A stretch of 64,000 bases of DNA. Source: an uncultured Gemmataceae bacterium. GTDB taxonomy: Bacteria; Planctomycetota; Planctomycetia; Gemmatales; Gemmataceae. The DNA is taken from NCBI GenBank assembly GCA_963750165.1, contig CAVVPN010000011.1, positions 800,001 to 864,000 on the forward strand, written 5' to 3'. Every line of letters begins with the position of its first letter. Position 1 is the first letter of the stretch. The notes beneath the pieces were generated by a model. The model ran no database searches, was not told where the DNA came from, and saw only the letters and a list, made by a program, of their open reading frames with translations. A program made the translations under genes and the position numbers. This document shows positions 10,394 to 20,850 of the stretch, piece after piece.

Positions 10394-12343
10394 TCTGCGC
10401 CACAAGGCCCAGGCTGCCGGCTGGGACCCTGGCCGGATCCGGGTCATCGACACCGAGCTGGGCCGCACCGGCCGCTCCGCCACAGGACGCGCCGGCTTCC
10501 AGGAGCTGGTCACCCTGGTCAACCAGGAGCAGGTCGGCATCATCTTCGCCTACGACGTCACTCGCCTGGCCCGCAACTGCACCGACTGGTATCAGCTCCT
10601 CGACCTGTGCGGCTGGCGGCACTGTCTGGTCGGCGATCAGGACGGCATATACGACTCTACCACTCCCAATGGCAGACTTATCCTGGGACTCAAGGGCTTG
10701 ATCTCCGAACTGGAGCTGCACACCTTGCGGGCCCGCCTGACCGCCGGCCTGCTCAACAAAGCCCAGCGCGGTGAGCTGGCCAAACCGCTACCCATCGGAT
10801 TAATTCGCGACCCGCTGGGGCGGGTGCTCAAGCATCCCGACCAGGAGGTCCAGGGCCGGCTGGACCTGGTCTTCGCCACCTTCCTGCAGCTCCGAGCCGC
10901 CTGCCGGGTGGTCCGCCACTTCAACGGCCATGAGTTGCTGTTGCCGCGGCGAGATCGCTTTGGCGATCTGGTTTGGCGGCAACCGACGGTCCCGGCCATT
11001 CTGTCCATCCTGAAGAACCCCGCCTACGCCGGCGCGTTTGTCTACGGCCGGACCCGGACGGTGCCCAGGGCCGTGCGCCTCACGAGCGGACCCAGAAAAC
11101 GCTGCCGATGGACGAGTGGAAAATCCGCATCCCTGACAAGTATCCGGCCTACATTGATTGGCCGACGTTTGAGACAATCCAGGGTATGATCCGCGACAAC
11201 CACTCTGAGTATGATCGCAACCAGACCCGGGGTGTGCCTCGCCCCGGCAAGGCGCTGCTGCACGGCATCGTCTGCTGTGGCGAGTGTGGCCACCGGATGG
11301 TGGTGCAGTACAAGAAGGGGACCCGCTACCTCTGTAACTATCTGCGTCAGCACTGGCAGGTGCCGGTCTGTCAGAACCTGCCGGCCGACTCCATCGATGA
11401 CTGGGTCGTTGGGACCTTTTTCGATGTGCTTTCTCCGGCGGAACTGGATCTGTACAGCCAGGCCGTGGCGGCGTTACAGCAGGACGATGACCAGGTGCGG
11501 CAGGCACAGCGGCAACAGCTCGAACGGCTCCGCTACCAGGCGCGGCTGGCCGAGCGGCAGTACAACCAGGCCGACTCGGACAACCGGCTGGTGGCCGCCG
11601 AACTGGAGCGGCGCTGGGAGGCGGCACTGCGGGAACTGAAGGACGCGGAAGAGAAGTTCCAGCAGCAGCAACAACAGCCGCGGCTGGCCGAAGCGTTGAC
11701 TGCGGCAGAGAGGGAAGCGTTCCTGCAGGCCGGCAAGAAAATCCCCCAGTTGTGGCAACAGGGCCGGTTGTCGCAGCAGCAGAAGAAGGCGTTCCTGCAC
11801 TGCCTGATCGACAAGGTGGTCGTCCACCGCTCCGCTCCAGATACTATTCAGGTGCGTATTGTTTGGAGAGGTGGCGAGGCGACGGCCAAGGCGCTGACGG
11901 TGACGGTGGGCTCGCTGGCGCGGCGGTCGGGGTCGGCGGAGATGGAAAAGAAGATCCTCGAAATGGTCAAAGAGAACAAGAGCGATGAAGAGATTGCCAC
12001 TCTGTTGACCCGAGAAGGGCATCGTTCGCCGAAGCACGACGCCGTGCTGGTCAGCACGGTGCGAACCATCCGCCTGCGCCACCGCCTGTTCCGCAAGCGT
12101 AGCCAGTCCCACCCGCGCCACATCCCCGGCCACCTGACCATCCCGGAACTTGCGGACCGCCTGCGCCTCAAGCCAGGCTGGCTCTACCACCAGATTCACA
12201 ACGGCACGATCCAGGTCGCGCGCGACGCGGAAACGAACCTCTACCTGTTCCCCGACCACCCCAGTACCATCGCCCGGTTCGAGCAACTCCGGGCTGGCAA
12301 GATCCAGAAGTTGCGTTTTTATGGAGGGTATCAAGATGCGTGA
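10275..12343 (+). CDS. Large serine recombinase (resolvase + recombinase + Zn ribbon + coiled coil + C-terminal HTH); apparent frameshift near 11070
   Basis: RBS aaggagg; YVRQSS catalytic motif, DVTRLARN, ILKNPAYAG, CGECG...C...C; split over ORFs 10239-11189 and 10973-12343. Confidence 0.9.
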
Positions 12344-12346
12344 TCG

Positions 12347-12864
12347 AAGAATTTGCGGATGTCCACTTCCAAGACCCAGCCGCCCCCGTTCTTCATCAAG
12401 TGCTGCCGTAGGTCTTCCAGAGCCTGGTGTGCCGATCGGCCTGGCCGAAACCCGTACGAGCAGGGCTTGAAGTCCTGCTCATAGATCGGTTGCAGTAGCA
12501 GGACGATCGCCCGCTGGAGGACCTTGTCCTCCAGCGTTGGTATCCCGATCGGCCGGGTCTCAGCAGACCCGGGTCCTTTCGCGATATGCACCCGTCGCAC
12601 CGGCGGTGCCCGGTAGGAGCCGGACTTGGCCCGTTCCAGAAGCGAACGCAGATTGGCAGTCAGGTCCGCTTCGTAGTCCGCGGCGGTGATCCCGTCCACA
12701 CCAGAAGCACCATCCCGGCGCGTGCTCCAGTAGGCCACGAGCAACCAGGTGAAGTCGAGGTGGTGGTTCAGGGAAGCGAATCCCATTTGCGGGGCTTGCC
12801 GCGCAAGCTCCGCTATCCGCCGTTGTCGCGTTGACACGGGATCGGCTCCTGGAATAGCCGCCAT
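12347..12864 (-). pseudogene. ltrA: Group II intron RT/maturase, N-terminal part
   Basis: GASGVDG, YRAPPVRRVHIAK, RPIGIPTLEDKVLQRA, SYGFRPGRSAHQAL, WVLEVDIRKFF; RBS ggaggg. Confidence 0.92.
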
Positions 12865-13772
12865 GTTTCCCTCCAGCGGATCGTTGACCAGAGGCCCCCT
12901 TCCCTGTCCAGGCTCCGGGCCGGGGTAGCCCGTTCGCCTGACGTAGCGGTACTATGAGGCCTTCCGACTCCTGCCTGCCCATCGGCCCAAGCTCATTGGG
13001 TTCGCCGAGGACCTACCGCCGTGTGCCAGCGATGAGTTCGCTCCCTTCGCGGCTCGCTGGCAACCGCGGGGCCCGGGCACCTTGAATCGGCTGACCCGCA
13101 CAGCCGAGAGTAACGGCGGGAACAGACAGGCCTCCCAGGTTCCTGGGGAACCCCAAGGTGGCCGCGCCGACTTCTAAAGACCCCGGCGGGACCGCCCCCC
13201 AGGCCAGTACAGGAGAGCAGGCGCGGCCACCACATGCGCGCACGGCAGGGGCTCCCGCGAAGAGACCTAATTTCGGGGCTGAATGGGCCGGCTCGGGACA
13301 CAGGCTGTCTACGCTTCGCCCGCCAGGTCGCCCTGGAGGACGCAAGACTCGCTTCCGGCTGTTGGCCAGACTCTACCGGGTGGGCTCGATGACCCACTGG
13401 GTTCCACCGAAAGGTTTTGAGCTGTTTCCTACATCTCTCCTCCTTCCCCAGGCTTTCCCTGGCGCAGCGCGCTTCGGTCCGCCCCACCGAAGTGAGTTCG
13501 TGTCGAAGCGTTCGACGCGGAGGTCACATCGGCCGCTGGATCGACCAAGCGGGCACAGTCCGTGAGCACCCCGCAGCGCCAGTGCCCGCGGGTAGGCGCC
13601 CGCCACCTTCGTCTTCGGCGTTCGTAACCGAGCGCTGGCGTTGCGGCGCGTCTGCCGACCGTGTCCCGTGTTCATTTTCCCTTCAGCATCGGTCTCAGGC
13701 TTGACCCGCCCGGCAGCCGGCGGTAGCTGTGAAGGCGCCCACCGGGTGACGGGGATTCGGCGTCGCGGCACG

Positions 13773-14192
13773 CTACTTCTTCTTCTCGCGCAACGGCTGA
13801 TTCGCTTCGCGCACCATCGTGAGCACGACGGCCCCGGCCTGGAGGGGGTTGCCGCGCCGCTGGTCGCGGACACCGGCGTTGGGCCAGATGGTCAGTTTCA
13901 GCCGGCCGCCCTCCAACCAGTTGGTGCAGACCACCGTCTCCCGGTCGCCTGCCAGGTCCAGGAGCCCGGCCGCGACGTTCACCCTGGCCCCGCCGCGGCT
14001 GCCGCCGAACGGGCTGACGAACGCGAACGACTCCCCGTTCAAAGTCAGGCGGTAGGGCGTGGCGGCCGGGTCGATGTCCAGGGCGCCCCGGGCGGTCTCC
14101 ATCCGCACGGCAGCCCAGGTGCCGGACAGTTCCGGCGGCGCGTCCTGGGGCGCGGCGTAGCACAGGGTGGTGAGGACCAGGGTACGGAACAT
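13773..14192 (-). CDS. Secreted planctomycete TIGR03067-like domain protein
   Basis: Signal-like N-terminus, ELSGTWAAVRME, LEGGRLKL. Confidence 0.6.
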   Translation of the reverse strand: MFRTLVLTTLCYAAPQDAPPELSGTWAAVRMETARGALDIDPAATPYRLTLNGESFAFVSPFGGSRGGARVNVAAGLLDLAGDRETVVCTNWLEGGRLKLTIWPNAGVRDQRRGNPLQAGAVVLTMVREANQPLREKKK

Positions 14193-14456
14193 GGTCGGGG
14201 ACTACTGGGGCGGAACCGGGCTGCGACCAGTTCAACTGGGCGCAATCGCCAGGTCAAGTGGAGGCCCCGGATGGCCCTGAGTTTTTCGTTGACGGCGGCG
14301 CGGGCCGGCCGGAAGATGTCGTGGGGGTGACGAAAGGCACGGATTGCGCTTCACCGCCGGGGTGTCGGTGCTCGCGGCTTGCGGCCGCCGAACAGCCGGA
14401 TCGTCGGCATGACCCGGTGTTTACCTCGTTTCAATCATAAGGAAGGAGTTGCTCTC

Positions 14457-16679
14457 ATGCTCCGGCACCTACTTTTGCCAGCCTTGCTTTGCCTGGGAGG
14501 ACCAGTTGTTGCCTCCGCGCAGAACCCGGCCGCCGGCAAACGATCGGTCGCGGACCTCATTGCCGGACTCAAAAAAAGCGAGTATGAGAAAACGCAAGCT
14601 TTTCAGGAACTGGAGGCCCTCGGCCCAAAGGCGGCGGCGGCCATCGAGGCCCTGGTGGAGGTGCTGGCAGAAAATAATAAAAATGATCACCTGCGAGCGC
14701 TTATCGTCCTTGGGAAAATCGGCAAGCCTGCGGTGGAGCGGCTTACCCAGCTCCTGACCTGTGAGGACGAGGAGATCCGGCTTTATGCCGTCTGGGGGCT
14801 GGCCCTGGTCGGCCCTCCAGCCAAAGACGCGGCGCCGGCAGTGATCCAGGCGTTGGCGGATAAATCGGCCGGCGTGAGAGCGAAAGCGGCGTACGCCCTG
14901 AGCCGCATTCACCCGGAGCCGGAACAAGCCGTCCCCGCCCTGGTCAAGGCTCTGGCCGATGATGAGGAATCCGTGCGTCAAGCGGCGGCGGCGAGTCTGC
15001 CCCCCATGGGCAAGGCCGCCGTTGCCCCCCTGATCAATACCTTGCAATCCAACAAGGCCGGTCTCCGCGCAATCGCGGTCAGAATCCTCGTTGAGATCGG
15101 GGCGGCCGCGGAACCAGCCATTCCGCAGTTAAAGACCTTCCTGCTCCGGCCGGAAAAAGGAATTGCCGAATCGGCCGCCGAGGTCCTCGCCGGCCTTGGC
15201 GCCCCCGCAGTTCCCGTCCTGCGTGTGGCCGCCACCAATCCGGACAACAAGGTCCGCGACCTGGCGCTACGGTCGCTGCAAAAAATCGGCGCCCCCGCGA
15301 TTCCTACCCTGGTGGATCTCCTGGGCGACCAGAATCAGGAGTTGCGCCGCCGGGTCGCGGGGATTCTCGGCTCCATGCAGATTCACGACAAGATGGTGGT
15401 GAACGGCCTGGGGTACGCCCTCAAGGACAAGGACTTTCAGGTGCGGCGCAGTGCCTTGCAAGCCTTGCGCAGTTTCGGCACCGAGGCCAAGTTGGCGGAG
15501 CCTGACGTCAGCGCCTTGCTGACCGACCTCCACCCACAACTTCGACTGGAGGCATTTCAGACGTTACAGGGTCTGGGCGTTGACCCGCGTCCCATTTTGA
15601 AGAAGGCATTGAGCCATCCCGACCCCGCCGTTCGCACCCCTATCGCCAGCCTCATGGTGCAGCTCAAGGTGGAAGTCGATCTGGCAGAGCCGGTTCTCCT
15701 CCAGGGATTGAAGGAGAAGAACGGCGCCCTGAAGATGCTGGCGGCTCTGTCCCTGGCGCAACGCGGTTTGCAAGCCGACGTGGTCTTGCCCATCTTCATC
15801 GACGGCCTCAAGAACGAGGAGACCAGCGTCCGGCGGCAGGCGGCAGAAGCCATAGCCCGCTACGGCCCCAAGGGACGCATAGCGGAGGCCAACCTCACGG
15901 CCGCTCTGGACGATCCGGACGGCGGCGTCCGGTTACAGGCCCTGCTGGCACTGCGGAAGGTCGCAGATGCCAAAACGCTGATGCCGGCCATGATCAGGGT
16001 ACTCAAACAAAAGGACACCATCCTACACCGTCAGGCGGCCCAGGTTATTTTCCAGGTCGGGCCCGAGGCGGTGGGATTCATCGTGGCGGTTCTCAAGCAG
16101 GAGGACGCGCCGGCCGTACGGCTGGTGTGTTTGCAGACGTTGGCGATGGTCGGGCCGCGGGCCAAGGAAGCCGTGCCCGAGTTGATCAAGGCGCTGAAGG
16201 AGCCTGCGCCACGGGCCAGACTGAACGCCGCCCGCGCCCTGGGCAACATTGGTCCCGACGCCAGGGAGGCTCGAACGGCACTGGCCCAGGCCGAGAAGGA
16301 TGCCGACGACACCGTGCAAAAAATCGCCAGTGCCGCTCTGGCCCAGATCATTGCCGACCCCAAACAGACAATATTCGAGGCGCAGGGGTTGCTCGCTCCA
16401 GGCGATCCGCTCGATCGAGTGCGCACCGGTGCCTTCCACGTGGTTCATACCTTCCCGATGAAAGCCGGTAAAACCTACACGGTCAACCTGAAGTCGCCCT
16501 GGGATAATTTCCTGCGCTTGGAAGACCCGCAAGGCCAGCAGGTGGCTCAGGACGACGACAGTGGCGGGATGCTCAACGCCCGGATCATTTACGTGGCCCC
16601 AACCGACGGCTGGTATCGGATCATTGTCACCAGTTACGGCAATGGTGTCTCGGGGAATTACACGTTGAAGGTTGAGTGA
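14457..16679 (+). CDS. Secreted HEAT-repeat protein with C-terminal PPC-like domain
   Basis: RBS aaggaaggag, signal peptide, many VRxxAAxAL repeats, DNFLRLEDPQG...AQDDDSGGMLNARI. Confidence 0.88.
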   Translation: MLRHLLLPALLCLGGPVVASAQNPAAGKRSVADLIAGLKKSEYEKTQAFQELEALGPKAAAAIEALVEVLAENNKNDHLRALIVLGKIGKPAVERLTQLLTCEDEEIRLYAVWGLALVGPPAKDAAPAVIQALADKSAGVRAKAAYALSRIHPEPEQAVPALVKALADDEESVRQAAAASLPPMGKAAVAPLINTLQSNKAGLRAIAVRILVEIGAAAEPAIPQLKTFLLRPEKGIAESAAEVLAGLGAPAVPVLRVAATNPDNKVRDLALRSLQKIGAPAIPTLVDLLGDQNQELRRRVAGILGSMQIHDKMVVNGLGYALKDKDFQVRRSALQALRSFGTEAKLAEPDVSALLTDLHPQLRLEAFQTLQGLGVDPRPILKKALSHPDPAVRTPIASLMVQLKVEVDLAEPVLLQGLKEKNGALKMLAALSLAQRGLQADVVLPIFIDGLKNEETSVRRQAAEAIARYGPKGRIAEANLTAALDDPDGGVRLQALLALRKVADAKTLMPAMIRVLKQKDTILHRQAAQVIFQVGPEAVGFIVAVLKQEDAPAVRLVCLQTLAMVGPRAKEAVPELIKALKEPAPRARLNAARALGNIGPDAREARTALAQAEKDADDTVQKIASAALAQIIADPKQTIFEAQGLLAPGDPLDRVRTGAFHVVHTFPMKAGKTYTVNLKSPWDNFLRLEDPQGQQVAQDDDSGGMLNARIIYVAPTDGWYRIIVTSYGNGVSGNYTLKVE

Positions 16680-16971
16680 GGGCAAGCCGATGTCCGTTGC
16701 GCGTCGGTCCGCCCCTTCTCTGCACGGAACGCACTTTCGCCAAGCTGCTTCGGACACAACGCCGGGGGCAGTAACGAAGTACTGGGGGCTCACCGCGGGA
16801 TTGACTGGCGGCAGTCGCAGGAAGAGGGTTGGCGAGGTCGCCGGCCCGGCGGGCTTCGTACAATCTTTTCATTGCCTCTGCGCCGCCGGCATACGCGCCC
16901 TGCGGCCACGTCAAGGAGGTGCCGGACGGGGCGAGCGCCTGCCCTTGGTTTTCCTCGCACCTGGAAGGTAG

Positions 16972-17593
16972 GTGACCGTGTTCCGCGTGTGCCTGCTCAG
17001 TGCCCTGCTCCTGACCCCATTGGCGGCCGACCAACCGGAGCAGGAGCCGCCCTACCAGATCCCCACGCCCACGGGGTGGGCCAAGGAGACCATCGCCCTG
17101 CCGCCGGCATTCGCGCCGGACATGAAGTGGAAGGGGGCCGAGGAGTTGCGCTTCGCCCCGGGCATGTTCAAGGCGGACGCCCCCGACTTCTTCTCCTACG
17201 CCCTGCTGTTCTGGCTGCCCGAGGGTGCGGAGATCGACGCCAAGACGATGGAGCGGGAGTTGCTCGCCTACTTCCGGGGCCTCGCCGCGGCGGTGTTGAA
17301 AGGCAAGAAGCAGGCGGTGGACACGAAGACCTTCCGCCTGACCATCACGGCCGCTCAGCGGCAGCCCGACAAGCGGCCTGGGGGTGAGGGGGTGGCAGGC
17401 TACGTCGGCGAACTGAAGTGGACCGAGCCGTTCGCCACCGGCAAGCCCCAGACGCTCCGCCTGGAGATCCACAGCTGGCCGAGGCGCGAAGCACAAGCAC
17501 CACTGCGTCTTCGTCTGTGCCTCGCCCCAGCCGGAGGCCGGCGCGGTGTGGAAAACCCTGCGCGAGATCCGGGCCGGCTGCACCTTCCGCTAA
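16972..17593 (+). CDS. Hypothetical secreted protein; apparent frameshift near 17485
   Basis: Signal peptide, WAKETIALPPAFAP...EELRFAPGMF; protein-like C-terminus (VFVCASPQP...VWKTLREI) in another frame ending TAA 17593. Confidence 0.65.
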
Positions 17594-17996
17594 CCGACCA
17601 GGCAGGGCGCTGTAGACCGCTGAGGCGTGTCGGACCGCTGCGCGCTGTGGACTTCGGCTTGCTCGCGTCGGTCGGGGTGACCGGAGCAGATTAGCAGAAT
17701 TGCCGAGCGGGTAGAGGCGGGGCGGGCCAAAGCGCGCATGGGGAATCGTTAACAGAAAATGACTCCAGCAAAGCTCAGGTGCTTTTTCCTTGAACCGCTG
17801 CGAACTCGATGTTACCCTGTCGATTGTACGGGGCCGTATCAATAACTTCTCCGGAGTCTGACACCGTGTTCCTGTCGCGAGTCCTCCCGTCTGCGGCGAT
17901 GTCGGCAGCGGGCCTTCCTCGAGAGCGGAAGGAAGCCTGGAAAGTCCACGGTTGCCGCACACCGGCCTCCGGCGCCCCCACTCCGGAGTGCTTCGG

Positions 17997-18515
17997 ATGA
18001 GCCGCTCAGGCCGGCGCCGGGCGCCACAGTCCGAGCCTGCTCCTTCGGCAGCCCGGGTGCAGGCTGGCCACAACCTGGCCCTTGGTCTGCGGGCCGCTTA
18101 CCTGATGATGCACCGCCGGGCCAACGCCGTGTTCAGTCGGTTCGGGCTGACGGCCGACCAGTTCGTCCTGCTGACAGCGTTGGCCGGGGGCGACGGGGTG
18201 ACGCAGAAGGAACTGGCGCGGCGCACTCACTCCGACCCGAACACGATGAGCGAGATGCTCGGCCGGCTGGAGCGGCGGGGATTGATCCTGCGAGAACGCC
18301 ACGCCGACGACGGGCGGGCCTTGAGGGTGTCCCTGACCGAGGCCGGTTGGGCTGCACAGCGGCGGGCCATGGAGGGAGTGGCTCCGTTCTGCGGGGCGCT
18401 CGCAGACCTCGTCCCGGCGGACGAGGGGGAGAAGTTGCTCGGCAACCTCAACCGGATCGCCGGCGGGATGGGTGCGACGGACTCGCCCTCGGCCCGCGAC
18501 GCGGGCGTCCGCTGA
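17997..18515 (+). CDS. MarR family transcriptional regulator
   Basis: GLTADQFVLL...TQKELARR...LERRGLI...DGRALRVSLTEAG. Confidence 0.9.
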   Translation: MSRSGRRRAPQSEPAPSAARVQAGHNLALGLRAAYLMMHRRANAVFSRFGLTADQFVLLTALAGGDGVTQKELARRTHSDPNTMSEMLGRLERRGLILRERHADDGRALRVSLTEAGWAAQRRAMEGVAPFCGALADLVPADEGEKLLGNLNRIAGGMGATDSPSARDAGVR

Positions 18516-18582
18516 CCCGCCCTGCCGTTGCGTTTCTCGGACTTCCGATTCGTTTCCTGGTGAACTCTCTGGGAGGCCTGCG

Positions 18583-19503
18583 ATGAAGACGGTGGCGAAA
18601 CACGCGTGCTTGTTGACCGGGCTCGTCCTGACGGCCACCCTGCTGCCGGCCCGGGCGGCCGGCGAAGGCAAGGCCCCGGCGAATCAACAGGAAGGCGCCG
18701 TCCCCAAGGGGCAGCGCCTCTTCTACGCCTCGCACAGCCTGATGTGGTACGTCCCGACGCCGCTGGGCGAGTTGGCCGATGCCGCGGGGATCAAGGGCCA
18801 CAAACTGGTCGGCCTCCAGATGCTCGGCGCCTCCAGGACCGCGCAACACTGGAACCTGCCCGAGGAGAAGAACAAGGCCAAACAGGCGCTGAAAAAGGGC
18901 GGGGTGGACGTTCTCGTCCTGTCGCCGATCCAGTTCCCCGACGAGGGCATCGCCAACTTCGTCAAGCTCGGCCTGGAGCACAACCCCAACATGCGTTTCG
19001 TCGTCCAGGTTTCCTGGGGCGGCTGGGACATTGACAACCAGGACTTCCCCAAGGGGGCTACCGGCAAGGTGGACCGGAACAAGACGCCGGAGCAGCTGAA
19101 GAAACTCTACGCGCGCAACATCAAGGCCGCGGAGGAGCAGGCGGACGCGATCAACAAGAAGGCGGGCAAAAGGGTCCTGTTCCTGGTGCCCAGCGCCCAG
19201 GCGGTCGTGACCCTGCGGACGAAGATTCACAACAAGGAAATGCCCGGCCTGACCAGCCAGGCCGAACTGTTCCGCGACCCGATCAGCCACCCCGCGACGC
19301 CGCTGGAAGCCCTCAATACCTATCTGCATTACGCCGTGATTTATGGCCGAAGCCCGGTCGGCCTGCCCAGGCCCGCCCTGTTGAAGAACGCCAAAAAGGA
19401 AGCCTGGGATGACCAGTTCAACCGCACCTTGCAGGAGATCGCCTGGGAGACAGTGAGCGGCTACCCCTACAGCGGCGTCGCGGCTGCGGCGAAAGAAAAG
19501 TAA
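18583..19503 (+). CDS. Secreted hypothetical protein, possibly SGNH-like
   Basis: RBS gggagg, signal peptide, ASHSL and DPISHP motifs. Confidence 0.75.
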   Translation: MKTVAKHACLLTGLVLTATLLPARAAGEGKAPANQQEGAVPKGQRLFYASHSLMWYVPTPLGELADAAGIKGHKLVGLQMLGASRTAQHWNLPEEKNKAKQALKKGGVDVLVLSPIQFPDEGIANFVKLGLEHNPNMRFVVQVSWGGWDIDNQDFPKGATGKVDRNKTPEQLKKLYARNIKAAEEQADAINKKAGKRVLFLVPSAQAVVTLRTKIHNKEMPGLTSQAELFRDPISHPATPLEALNTYLHYAVIYGRSPVGLPRPALLKNAKKEAWDDQFNRTLQEIAWETVSGYPYSGVAAAAKEK

Positions 19504-19534
19504 TGGCGTTCGGAGAGCAGGAGCGGGCAATGCC

Positions 19535-20850
19535 ATGAAAGCTCTCGTTGTCGGTGGCGGCATTGGCGGCCTCACCACCGCACTGTGCCTCCATGAGATC
19601 GGGGTCGAGGCCCGGGTGTTTGAATCCGTCGAGACGATTCGCCCGCTCGGAGTCGGCATCAACCTCTTGCCCCATGCCGTGCGGGTCCTCGATCAACTTG
19701 GGCTGTTGCCCCGGCTCACCGCGTCGGCCGTCACGACGGCGGACCTCGCTTACTTCAACAAGTTCGGTCAGTTGATCTGGCGGGAACCTCGGGGCCTGGC
19801 TGCCGGCTACGCCTGGCCGCAACTCTCCATTCACCGCGGCCGCTTGCAGGCGATCCTCCTCGACGAGGTGCGGCGTCGCCTGGGCCCGGACTCGGTTCGC
19901 ACCGGGTGCCATCTGGCTGAATTTGAGGACCGCGGCCGCGAAGTGTTCGCCCGCTTCGTGAAACGCAAGAGTGGCGCGACCCCCGTCTCGGAAACGGGTG
20001 ACCTGTTGGTGGGTGCGGACGGCATTCACTCTTGCGTTCGGACCACCTTTTACCCCAACGAAGGCGCCCGCGCTTCGCAGGGAAGATGCTCTGGCGCGCG
20101 ACCACGGAAACGGCGGCGTTCCTCACGGGCCGCTCGATGATCATGGCGGGACATGCGGCGCAGAAATTCGTTGCCTATCCGATCTGCCCCGCGGCCGCCG
20201 CGCAAGGCCGCTCCCTCGTCAACTGGGTGGCCGAGCTGGACGTCGGTACGAACCTGCCGGAGCGGCGCGACTGGAACCTGCGCGGCAGCAAGGCCGACTT
20301 CGCTTCCGCCTTCGCGGCCTGGCGTTTTGACTGGCTCGACATTCCGGCACTCATTGAAGGCGCCGCGGAGGTCTTCGTGTTTCCCATGGTCGATCGCGAC
20401 CCGCTGGAGCGCTGGAGTTTCGGCCGCGTCACCCTGCTGGGTGACGCCGCTCACCCGATGTACCCGGTCGGCTCCAATGGGGCTTCCCAGGCCGTTCTGG
20501 ACGCGGAGTCGCTGGCGGCGTCACTCGCCTCTTCAGCCGATGTTACCTCCGGCCTCCGGCAGTTTGAATCCGACAGACTGCCGGTCACGGCCACTGTCGT
20601 GCACAGCAATCGACACCTGGGGCCCGAAGTCGTCATGCAATTGGTGGAAGAGCGAGCGCCGGAAGGGTTCAAACAACTCAGTGACGTGATCACGCAGAGA
20701 GAGTTGGAGGAAGTGGCGGCACGCTACAAGGTGATCGCCGGGTTTGACCGGGACTCCCTCAACCGCACCGAACGCTCAACCCCGCCGGGAGTCGGTGGGG
20801 CCAGAAACGGTGGCGGTTTTGGAGCACCTCACGTGGTGGATGATTCATGA
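19535..20850 (+). CDS. FAD-dependent monooxygenase; apparent frameshift near 20065
   Basis: GGGIGG, VGADGIHS, LLGDAAHPMYPVGSNGASQA across two ORFs. Confidence 0.88.

Larger units (their letters stand above)
9887..12348 (+). mobile_element. Large-serine-recombinase integrative element inserted in the intron RT gene (AA core at 9887-9888 and 12347-12348)
   Basis: Precise removal restores RT ...KFF/DTLDH...; contains an LSR and two small ORFs; the reconstructed attP is an imperfect inverted repeat centred on AA. Confidence 0.88.
8973..13467 (-). mobile_element. Group II intron (IIB-like), interrupted by a serine-recombinase element; about 2035 nt without the insert
   Basis: 5' CTGCGCCAGGGAAAGCC at 13467; domain V GAGCCGGATGCGGTAATTCCGCACGTCCGGATCT (~9046-9013); domain VI hairpin with bulged A ending ACCCGGC at 8973; RT ORF inside. 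Confidence 0.9.

Noticed and set aside
9061..12864. RT as a retron, DGR or defence RT paired with a recombinase
   Set aside because: Group II intron domains V/VI and maturase domain are present; no msr/msd or TR/VR pair seen
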